Made by a program: the position numbers and the translations under genes. Positions 8,994 through 16,334 of a stretch of 32,000 nucleotides of DNA are shown one piece after another. Within the stretch, counting starts at the first letter, position 1. Every line of letters begins with the position of its first letter. The stretch is from Archaeoglobus fulgidus DSM 4304 (GTDB taxonomy: Archaea; Halobacteriota; Archaeoglobi; Archaeoglobales; Archaeoglobaceae): the NCBI RefSeq assembly GCF_000008665.1, contig NC_000917.1, positions 2,040,001-2,072,000 on the forward strand, in the 5' to 3' direction. A model generated the notes under the pieces. It searched no databases, had not been told where the DNA came from, and worked only from the letters and a program-made list of their open reading frames with translations.

Positions 8994-9073
8994 GTCTTCA
9001 AGTCCCGTGTATCCTGACTCAACCTCCTCTTCGAGGCAGATTTTCAGGTGGTCAATCTTCCTCTTCGAAGTGC

Positions 9074-9796
9074 TCAGATTATCACCTCCGTTCCAACCTT
9101 CTCTCCCTGTAAGAACTTCTTCAAGTTTTCGTAGTTGCCTTTGAAAACGTAAGCCTTACACCCGTGCCCCATCTCATAAAGCTTCTGAAGCTTTCTCAGC
9201 ATACCTCCTGTCACATCCTCCTTTCCCTTTGCCACTCCACCCTTGGCAATCATTTCCTCAAGGAGGCTTCTGTCAAGCCTATCGATAACATTGCCGTTAA
9301 AATCGTAAACACCCTCAACGTCGGTGGCGAACCCGATCTTCTCAGCTTTAAAAGCCTCTGCGAGGTGCGCAACAATGTCGTCCCCCGAGAGAACTTCTAT
9401 CTTCTCCGCCATCACCACATCCCCGTGGAGAACGGGAAGAAAACCGCTTTTCATGGCTTTATCAACAATCTCAACGCTGTACGCCAGAAAGGGATGGATG
9501 GGGTAGGCGGGAACTTCGAACTCGGTGAGGACGGAGCAGAATCTCTCACTCAATCTGAGGCACCCGAGATGAACCTTTGAGGCTCCAAGAGGGCTTAAAC
9601 CGAATTTTTTTACGTGGGGATGCCCGAACGAGCCTGCACCGTGCACGACAATCAGGTTTCTCCATTTCTCCGAAATTGCTCTGCAGACTTCCCTAAGCTC
9701 CCTCTCTTTCAGCTTTTCAAAGGCCCCCCTGCTCTTGTCTGTTATCACCGAACCCCCTATCTTCAGAATGGTAACGTCACTCTTCAATTCTGACAC
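9074..9796 (-). CDS. ipk: Isopentenyl phosphate kinase (amino-acid-kinase fold)
   Basis: Motifs ILKIGGSVITDK and VVHGAGSFGHPHVKKFGL. The GTG start lies inside the mvk 3' end (20-nt overlap). Confidence 0.9.
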   Translation of the reverse strand: MSELKSDVTILKIGGSVITDKSRGAFEKLKERELREVCRAISEKWRNLIVVHGAGSFGHPHVKKFGLSPLGASKVHLGCLRLSERFCSVLTEFEVPAYPIHPFLAYSVEIVDKAMKSGFLPVLHGDVVMAEKIEVLSGDDIVAHLAEAFKAEKIGFATDVEGVYDFNGNVIDRLDRSLLEEMIAKGGVAKGKEDVTGGMLRKLQKLYEMGHGCKAYVFKGNYENLKKFLQGEKVGTEVII

Positions 9797-10631
9797 CCTC
9801 CTTTTCGGGCTCGACTATGAAGCTCCCTTTCGGCTTCTCTCCCTTGAACAGGCCGAATATACACCCCCCACCACCCGCTCCAGTTATTTTCGCATTCAAA
9901 CCCATCCTTTCGAGCTCTGCAATGGTTCTGTCGATTTCGGGATTGCTCACCCCTATCGCCCTCAGAAGCGACTGGTTTATGGCTATGAGCTCCTCAAGTC
10001 TTTCAGCGCTGCCAACATCGCTCGCCTCAAGGGAGATTGCGTCGATAGCGTCAAATATTTTATCCACAACCTCAGGATGCCTCTCTCTCAGCTCAGCAAC
10101 TTTTGCGACCATCTCAGCCGTTGACCTGCTGCCAAAGTTGATAACGAAGAACTTGAACGGCATCTCGACCTTTCTACGCTCAGGGAAAAGCCACGAACCT
10201 CCAAAGGTGGATATGAACGGGTCTATTCCGCTCGCCCTTCCCTGAACGTCAATCTCAACCTGCTTCGCCATCTGGAAGATGGCCTCTTTATCCATATCCC
10301 CATCGAACTCTGCATTCAGAGCAGCTATTGTGGCAACAATCACCGCCGCAGAGCTGCCCAGCCCAGAGCCAATCGGTATTTCGCTCTCAATCTCAATTTC
10401 AGCACCCGGAATATTTCTAAGCTCCCCAAACCTCTTAACAGCCTGCACGACGTAGGGATGCCTTTGATAGTCCAGCCCGCTCTCTCCTAACGAAGACCTA
10501 ATCAGAAACCTGTCAGATTTTCTCACCGACACTCTGCATCTAAGGTTAATCGCTGACACCACCGCATGCCTACCGTAAACCACCGCATGCTCGCCGAACA
10601 GAATTATCTTTCCGGGTGCTGATGCAATCAT
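9777..10631 (-). CDS. mvk: Mevalonate kinase (GHMP kinase)
   Basis: Motifs SAPGKIILFGEHAVVYG, PIGSGLGSSAAV and KITGAGGGGC. Confidence 0.95.
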   Translation of the reverse strand: MIASAPGKIILFGEHAVVYGRHAVVSAINLRCRVSVRKSDRFLIRSSLGESGLDYQRHPYVVQAVKRFGELRNIPGAEIEIESEIPIGSGLGSSAAVIVATIAALNAEFDGDMDKEAIFQMAKQVEIDVQGRASGIDPFISTFGGSWLFPERRKVEMPFKFFVINFGSRSTAEMVAKVAELRERHPEVVDKIFDAIDAISLEASDVGSAERLEELIAINQSLLRAIGVSNPEIDRTIAELERMGLNAKITGAGGGGCIFGLFKGEKPKGSFIVEPEKEGVRIEE

Positions 10632-10646
10632 CGATTAGACTACGGG

Positions 10647-10664
10647 AAAAACTTAAAGAATTTT
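10647..10664. promoter_or_regulatory. Single AT-rich TATA-like element shared by divergent mvk and the HDAC-like gene
   Basis: AAAAACTTAAAGAATTTT is centred at about 10655.5. That is about 25 nt from the mvk ATG (10631, minus) and about 25 nt from the HDAC-like ATG (10681, plus). Confidence 0.45.
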
Positions 10665-10680
10665 GTGCAAACATTCTCTC

Positions 10681-11411
10681 ATGAAGATCGTTTTTCACCC
10701 GAAGTTCTACACCGTCTACACCTCCGACCCCGCAGCGGAGGCTGGGAGGATGGAGGCTATTATGGAGGAGCTGAGGGATTACGAGGTCGTTGAGCCGGAA
10801 CCGGCAAAGATAGAGGACATACTCTCGTTCACACGAGGGAGCACTACATGTACGTCAAAAGCGAGCCTGAGATTTATGAAGTTGCGGTTCTCGCCGTTGG
10901 CGGAGCGATTCTTGCGTCGGAAATAGCCTTTAACGAGCCTGCCTTTGGAGCCATACGCCCTCCAGGGCATCACGCAAGCCCGGACAGCAGCTGGGGATTC
11001 TGCTACTTCAACAACATAGCCATTGCGGTCAAGAAGCTGCTGGTGGAGGGGAGGATTAAGAAGGCCGTAATCGTGGACTTCGACTTGCACTTTGGAGACG
11101 GAACTGCAAACGCCTTTGCAGGTGTGGAGGAGGTCAAGTACCACCACATGAAGGGTGCGGACATAGCCGGCATAGAGCAGTTCCTGAAGGAGAACGAATA
11201 CGACATAGTTGCCGTCTCAGCGGGCTTCGACCGACACAAGGATGATTGGGGAGGAATTCTTGAAACTGAAGATTACAGAGAGATTGGCAGAATAATCAAG
11301 GAGTATGCTGAAGAAAAGTGCGAGGGCAGGAGGTTTGCCGTGCTTGAGGGCGGCTACAACCACTCGGTGCTGGGGAAGAACGTAAGGGCTTTTGTCGAGG
11401 GGATGGAGTAA
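10681..11411 (+). pseudogene. Histone deacetylase / acetoin-utilisation (AcuC)-family deacetylase, reading frame broken once (frameshift near 10822-10830)
   Basis: The N-terminal part (MKIVFHPKFYTVYTSDPAAEAGRMEAIMEEL...IEDIL) is in one frame. The continuation LVHTREHYMYVKSEPEIYEVAVLAVGG...IRPPGHHA...DFDLHFGDGT...SAGFDRHKDD...LEGGYN is in another. Total length is 731 nt (3n+2). This could be a genuine pseudogene, a base-call error or recoding. Confidence 0.8.
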
Positions 11412-11747
11412 GTAATCCGCTCTTCTTGACAATCGACCATCAAAAACTGAGAGCCGCGGAACCATTGAATATATGAGGATTTGTAATTGTAACAAAGAGA
11501 GCTTGCAATATCTGATATATGTGCACTAACCTACAAATTTTCCAAATTGTAAAACCAACCTCAAGCTTACGAGGGTTTTCAGATATTTTTATCGACTTAA
11601 GGGTATGGATTATTTCATGCCGATCGTCATCCACTTTTTATCAATCGATGGGACGAGTGGGGATAGATATTTTACATTGAACACAAGGGATGAGGAGAAT
11701 TTTGAGTATTGGTAATGTTCTCCGAAAGTGATTAATAGTGAAACAAC

Positions 11748-12545
11748 TTGATACTAATCGTGGACACAAGGTTAATAGCCATAGCTACCTTTGTAGTTAC
11801 TTTTGGCATTTTAATTGTTTTGAAGAGACTAAATTACATCGAATCTTGGGATACCTTCTCTATATTGTCTATATTAGCTGCAGTTTTGACAATAGCAGCT
11901 TATTTTTTTACATTAGTACTTTTTCCTCAGGATTATGACCAACTCAAGAAAGAGATCTTGGATGAGATAAACGAGAGCCTTAAAAATTATGAAATTTATT
12001 TCAAATGCAAGGATTTCAAGAAACCGATCGTAAAAGATGGAGCTGTTAGAATAGATAAGTGTGTCGTTATGGCCACAAAACTAAACTTAACAGATCATGG
12101 ATATATAGTGGACTTGAAATTTAGGTCTAATTGGATGGATTCCAAAGGGACACACGCAATTTTGTTTATAGATGGGGATGATGCACAGATAAATCTATTC
12201 GAACGCGAAGGAGAGATTTTTTATATTATAAAGTCAAAAAACAAAATCTCTGGAGTTTACATTCAGTTGAAATCCGTAAAATGGTTTGATGAGGCATTTA
12301 GCGATAACTGGAACAACATAAAAATTATGTGGGACACGAGTAAAGATGAAATTTGGCTGGAGATAAACGGTATAAGAGTTTCCAAAAAATTAAATTTTGA
12401 CTTTAATTTAAATGATTCTGTAATATACCTTGGCTCGAATCCACTTGAAGACACTTATGCAGAAGGATATTTTGACAGAATTATGGTTTATAAATCTGCT
12501 GATACGGCTGATTTTGGAACTCCAACCGTAAGGAGGTTCGAATAA
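11748..12545 (+). CDS. Membrane-anchored protein (2 predicted TM helices) with a C-terminal LamG/concanavalin-A-like jelly-roll domain
   Basis: The N-terminus LIAIATFVVTFGILIVL and FSILSILAAVLTIAAYFFTLVLF is hydrophobic. The C-terminus shows the LamG_3-like pattern WNNIKIMWDTSKDEIWLEINGIRVSK...VIYLGSNP...AEGYFDRIMVYKSA. There is no ATG at the 5' end: the choices are TTG 11748 or GTG 11760. GTG 11760 lies about 27 nt downstream of the BRE/TATA-like CCGAAAGTGATTAATAG. The region is conspicuously AT-rich. Confidence 0.6.
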   Translation: MILIVDTRLIAIATFVVTFGILIVLKRLNYIESWDTFSILSILAAVLTIAAYFFTLVLFPQDYDQLKKEILDEINESLKNYEIYFKCKDFKKPIVKDGAVRIDKCVVMATKLNLTDHGYIVDLKFRSNWMDSKGTHAILFIDGDDAQINLFEREGEIFYIIKSKNKISGVYIQLKSVKWFDEAFSDNWNNIKIMWDTSKDEIWLEINGIRVSKKLNFDFNLNDSVIYLGSNPLEDTYAEGYFDRIMVYKSADTADFGTPTVRRFE

Positions 12546-12706
12546 CATCTCTATAGGTCGTGTTGGAGGGGGTATGTTCATTTCTGAACTCATTCCCACC
12601 ACAATAACATCTCACTAGCACCCTAATATCCTTCGTTAGTTTTCCAAAAGTCTTAGGCATTTTACATGGTGGTAGTTGGGTAGAGTATAGGTTTTGCGTC
12701 AAAATA

Positions 12707-13570
12707 TCAAACCCTTTTTATGCGTTCCACCGCCTCACAATCCCCCAGCAATATTTTGAACTCCTGCTCACTTCCGCACTCGTCCCTTATCCCCTTCAAA
12801 AACAGCTCCTCGTATTTTTCCCTTTCCACACCGAAGTAGTCCCTCTCGCTTGTTCCCCTGAAGTAAAGCCGGTTTACAGGACTTTTAGGGTCTTTGAGAA
12901 CGTCAGGTGGGCAGAAGGGCGCACCATAGTAATGCTGCAGAAAGCTCTCGTTGCTCGGCTTCTTCTCAAACCTCGTGACGTCGAGCAAGACTATTTTTCC
13001 GTCGCAGTACATAGCCTCGTAATCCTCCCAGGGGGAGTAAACGAATCCCTCCTTCCAGAGCCTGTAGAGGAGTCTCGCCGTCAGGTAGATGGACTCCTCG
13101 ATTATTCTCCGGCTTTTCTCATCGCTCCTCATTACGTCTCCGTCCCTCAGCTCGGAAAGCGGAAGACCGTTAATCCACTCCTGCAGCATGAACTCGTCCG
13201 TGTACGCAACGGGAACCGCAATGTTCTCCCTGAATTTCTCAAAAAGTCCCCTCAGTGGGTCAAGGATGTCCCTAAAGCTTTTCACCGGAGAGTTTGGTGA
13301 AAGAACATTAAGAACGAAGGTTTTTTCTCCGGCGTCAACTCTGAAAACGTAGTACCTAACCCAGGCTGAAAGCATAGAAACCCTGAACTCGTCGGAGAGA
13401 CCTTCAAGGCCGAGCTCCACTACAGCCTGCGAAATCTTCTCCTCGACCCTCCTTTTCCGCTCCTCGGGTGTGGAGCCAAAAAGCGATTTTTTGAGCAGCG
13501 CTACCGTAACTCCCCAGCAAACGACGTGGTCGGCAGTAACGCTGTCATCAATCCTCAAGCGGAAACTCAT
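12707..13570 (-). CDS. Hypothetical protein; weak resemblance to protein-kinase-like (Bud32/RIO/APH) fold with a degenerate catalytic loop
   Basis: 287 aa, with host-like composition, overlapping the upstream Zn-ribbon gene by 23 nt. FMLQEWINGLPLSEL resembles the kinase hinge. LWKEGFVYSPWEDYEAMYCDGKIVLLDVTRF resembles the catalytic-loop/DFG region but lacks the HxD...N signature. Family assignment is low confidence. Confidence 0.55.
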   Translation of the reverse strand: MSFRLRIDDSVTADHVVCWGVTVALLKKSLFGSTPEERKRRVEEKISQAVVELGLEGLSDEFRVSMLSAWVRYYVFRVDAGEKTFVLNVLSPNSPVKSFRDILDPLRGLFEKFRENIAVPVAYTDEFMLQEWINGLPLSELRDGDVMRSDEKSRRIIEESIYLTARLLYRLWKEGFVYSPWEDYEAMYCDGKIVLLDVTRFEKKPSNESFLQHYYGAPFCPPDVLKDPKSPVNRLYFRGTSERDYFGVEREKYEELFLKGIRDECGSEQEFKILLGDCEAVERIKRV

Positions 13571-13775
13571 AGCTCTCCATGTTTATCTGCCTAACCCTCC
13601 TAACGATTCCTTTAGTCCCGCAATCCTTGCAGACGACAATGTAAACTTCAGCATCAAACTCAGCATTCCTCCTCTTGAATTTCCCTTTTTTCTCCTCAAG
13701 AACCTCAACTTCGTGGAGCTTTCCGTCATCGCAGATGGGGCACTCTATTTCCATGAAAGCCACTCCCGTATTCAA
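13548..13775 (-). CDS. Small zinc-ribbon protein
   Basis: Two CxxC pairs (ECPICDDGKL...VVCKDCGTKG). The start is at 13775 (directly after the MFS stop) or ATG 13754 (MEIECPIC...). Confidence 0.55.
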   Translation of the reverse strand: MNTGVAFMEIECPICDDGKLHEVEVLEEKKGKFKRRNAEFDAEVYIVVCKDCGTKGIVRRVRQINMESYEFPLED

Positions 13776-13776
13776 C

Positions 13777-14943
13777 TTAAAACACTTTTGAAATTGATGG
13801 CTTTTTACGGTCGTTGGGGAGCAGCAGCGTCAGGATGAAGGCAACCGTAATTGGAATGGTTAGGTAGGTGAAGTAAAGCTCTGCACTGCTGATGAAGTAC
13901 ATGGCTCCCAGCGTAAGGGCCACTGAAATCGCTCTGCTGGTCAATCCAACAAACCCGGTGGCGCTGCCGTGAACCTCTCTATCGCAGAACTTTCCTATCC
14001 AGTCCATTATTATCGCGTAGGCGGGGAGCATCAGCAGCCCGCTTATGCCGAGAAAGGCGAAGAGCAGCGTGGTGTTTAAGGAAAATGCCAGAATGACGAA
14101 GAAGGCAGCAATCAGCGGAGTTATAGATCTCATGTAGATTGTCCTTAAATTCGCTCTTGCCACTCTGTCTGGAATAACCGCGACACCAATCAACCCGAGA
14201 ACTATCGCCAGAGCAACGGCGTCTCCAGCAACCTTTTCCAGCCCAGCACTTCTTAAAGCAGGTTGCAGCCATGTTGCGAGGTTGTCGAAGGTAGCTACGC
14301 CGAATCCAAGAATGGCTCCGATAATCCAGAGGTCTTTTCTTTTCAAAACCGCTCCGAACTGTTTAACGGCAAAGCTTTCGGCTTTGGTAAACCTCACCGC
14401 CCGCACTGCTATTAGCACTAAGACTATTCCCGCGGTTGCAACCACGGCAGAAGGAAGTATGAGCAAAGTTAGCCCTCCAGCGGTGTAGAGCTTGAGCCCC
14501 GCAGCGAGGGCGAAGACAGTTCCGAGATACATGGAGAGGCTAAGAACTGAGATTACGAGCGTCCTCCTTTCCTCGTAAAGCTGCGATGCATAGGGAACGA
14601 AGGCGTTAAGCAGGAAAGGCTGCCCCAGAGCACCTGAAAGCTGGCATACAAGGAGCCAGTAGTAGTTGAAGCTCACAAGCCTTCCTGCTGCAGCGAAGAA
14701 GGTCGCTACGCTGCCGAACAGAAACCACCTTTTGAAGTCCCTGTCGAGAAGCAACCCGCTCGGTATGGTGAGGATAAGGAAAAAGATTGGGTAAGTTACG
14801 GCCAGCAGGCCGAGAAGCTCGACCGAGACGTTTATTTCTTCAGAAACGAGAGTGAGGACCGGAGAGAATGTAACCCAGACTGCCTGCGAGGCAAAAACTA
14901 TGAGGATAAAGCCCGCTGTTAGCAGCGCCCTCATCTGAACCAC
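13777..14943 (-). CDS. MFS-type transporter
   Basis: 388 aa with about 12 hydrophobic helices. ATG 14934 (MRALLTAGF...) forms an ATGA overlap with the stop of the shifted 3' frame of the upstream PLP enzyme, which favours 14934 over GTG 14943 as the start. Confidence 0.85.
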   Translation of the reverse strand: MVQMRALLTAGFILIVFASQAVWVTFSPVLTLVSEEINVSVELLGLLAVTYPIFFLILTIPSGLLLDRDFKRWFLFGSVATFFAAAGRLVSFNYYWLLVCQLSGALGQPFLLNAFVPYASQLYEERRTLVISVLSLSMYLGTVFALAAGLKLYTAGGLTLLILPSAVVATAGIVLVLIAVRAVRFTKAESFAVKQFGAVLKRKDLWIIGAILGFGVATFDNLATWLQPALRSAGLEKVAGDAVALAIVLGLIGVAVIPDRVARANLRTIYMRSITPLIAAFFVILAFSLNTTLLFAFLGISGLLMLPAYAIIMDWIGKFCDREVHGSATGFVGLTSRAISVALTLGAMYFISSAELYFTYLTIPITVAFILTLLLPNDRKKPSISKVF

Positions 14944-15046
14944 TCTACAACGATGTTCTTTATCAGTTCAACCGCCACCTTTTCTGGAATGGATTCGAGC
15001 AGCATTGGTATAACGCTGGAGTCTATTCTACCCTCCTCTATGCCCT

Positions 15047-16291
15047 TTATGATTTCGGCAAACTCCCCCCTTTCAGCCATTGCGTAAATCTGCTTAGTGT
15101 CAACTCCGGCTCCATCTCCAGAGCCTTCGCAGCATCTTCAACGAACTTCTCCGCAACACCGTCGTGAACCGGGCTCAGCGTGAGGTGAATGTTGTCAGGG
15201 ATGTCGTACTCTTTCAGCCCCTTTTGAAGGTGAAGCTGCCAGCCAAGCTTTTTCATGTTGTTTACGAAGCCCATCAGGTCAACATCCGGATTTGTCATCG
15301 CCAGAACGCTGCTCTCAACCTCTCCGACGCTCTCGAAACCTAGACTCTTCAACCCCCTGTAAATTTTGTCTCTCGCCGATAGAATTTTCGAGGCAAGCTC
15401 CTTGTAGCCCTCGACGCCCAGGTACTTAATCACCGCAAAGGCTGCTGCTAAAGGCCCCTCAGGTCTTGAAGACAGCACGGCTTGATTGACAAAAACGTAG
15501 CCCGGAGAGGTTACATCAACGAACATGGAGCATTTTTTCAGTTCAGCATCTCTGAAAAGCACCACAGAAGCTCCCTTTGGGGCGTAGCCGTACTTGTGCG
15601 CGTCGAGAGAGATTGAGGTAACCCCCTCAACCCTGAAATCGAACTTCGGTATTTTCTCTCCCAGCATCTCGAAGAAGGGCAGAATGAAGCCCCCGAGGCA
15701 TGCATCGACGTGAAGGAGGACGTTTCTCTCTGCAGCAATTTCTGCAATCTCCTCTACTGGGTCAATGGTTCCGAAAGGCCAGTTGGGTGCGGACAAGGCA
15801 ATTAGTGCCGTTTTACCGCTGACGGCCTCAGCAAAGGCATCAACATCACCCTTTGCATCCTTTACCGGCAGTCTGACAACTTTAAGGCCAAGATAGTCAG
15901 CGGCTTTCAGAAAAGCTGGGTGAATCGAGATTGGTGCAAGTATTTCAGGAACCTCCGCCGTTCCCTCTTTCTTCCTGTAGTAATCTCTGGCAGCCTTCAC
16001 GGCGAGCATTATGCTTTCCGTCCCGCCAAAGGTGAAGGAGCCAACAGCAGCGTCGCCGTGCATCAGGTTTCTGGCGAACCCGACCACTTCCTTCTCAAAG
16101 AATACCGCGCTTCTGAAAACGGTAAAGTCAAGCAGGTTTTTCTCAGCAAAGCGCACCAGAGCTTTTTCAGCGACCTTCCTTATGTTCTCATCTCCGGTCT
16201 CGTAAACGTAGGCGAAAAGCCTTCCGGTTCGAGGGTTGAGGTCTTCCGATTCGGCCTTTTCAAGAAGGGAGAGCACATCATCTATCGTCAT
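15047..16291 (-). CDS. PLP-dependent group II decarboxylase / sphingosine-1-phosphate-lyase-family enzyme (3' end continues in another frame to 14931)
   Basis: Motifs FTFGGTESIMLAVKAAR, LHVDACLGGF and FDFRVEGVTSISLDAHKYGYAPKG (PLP lysine) match the SPL/Dpl1 family closely. The track ORF ends at 15047, but the family-typical C-terminus is encoded in a different frame (see finding). Confidence 0.9.
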   Translation of the reverse strand: MTIDDVLSLLEKAESEDLNPRTGRLFAYVYETGDENIRKVAEKALVRFAEKNLLDFTVFRSAVFFEKEVVGFARNLMHGDAAVGSFTFGGTESIMLAVKAARDYYRKKEGTAEVPEILAPISIHPAFLKAADYLGLKVVRLPVKDAKGDVDAFAEAVSGKTALIALSAPNWPFGTIDPVEEIAEIAAERNVLLHVDACLGGFILPFFEMLGEKIPKFDFRVEGVTSISLDAHKYGYAPKGASVVLFRDAELKKCSMFVDVTSPGYVFVNQAVLSSRPEGPLAAAFAVIKYLGVEGYKELASKILSARDKIYRGLKSLGFESVGEVESSVLAMTNPDVDLMGFVNNMKKLGWQLHLQKGLKEYDIPDNIHLTLSPVHDGVAEKFVEDAAKALEMEPELTLSRFTQWLKGGSLPKS

Positions 16292-16311
16292 CTTTTAAAT
16301 TGATTTTAATT

Positions 16312-16317
16312 AAAAAA
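16312..16317 (-). terminator. Oligo-T tract after the cyd gene pair
   Basis: The minus strand reads TAG(16337-16335)-CAAAATCGAAACCTTTATTTTTTAATT, giving a T6 run about 18 nt after the stop. The same AT-rich stretch probably carries the promoter of the downstream PLP-enzyme operon. Confidence 0.35.
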
Positions 16318-16334
16318 TAAAGGTTTCGATTTTG

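Noticed and set aside
11440-11715. Small ORFs in the island leader (64 aa on the minus strand at 11440-11634; 36 aa on the plus strand at 11605-11715, MDYFMPIVIHFLSIDG...)
   Set aside because: They have no recognisable motif, no convincing promoter or Shine-Dalgarno geometry, and lie in AT-rich DNA where short ORFs arise easily.
11738-11938. 66-aa ORF overlapping the start of the LamG-like gene
   Set aside because: It is an alternative frame of the same AT-rich DNA. The 265-aa frame carries TM helices and a domain-like C-terminus, whereas this one is Ser/Phe/Cys-rich nonsense.
12408-12702. Minus-strand ORFs of 64 and 73 aa in the convergent spacer
   Set aside because: They overlap the LamG-like gene 3' end and have no features or start context.
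15061-15070. C6/G6 homopolymer near the end of the SPL-like ORF as the frameshift site
   Set aside because: The shifted frame already encodes the family-like IYAMA segment upstream of this run (from about 15089). The frame change must therefore lie between 15090 and 15137, not at the homopolymer.
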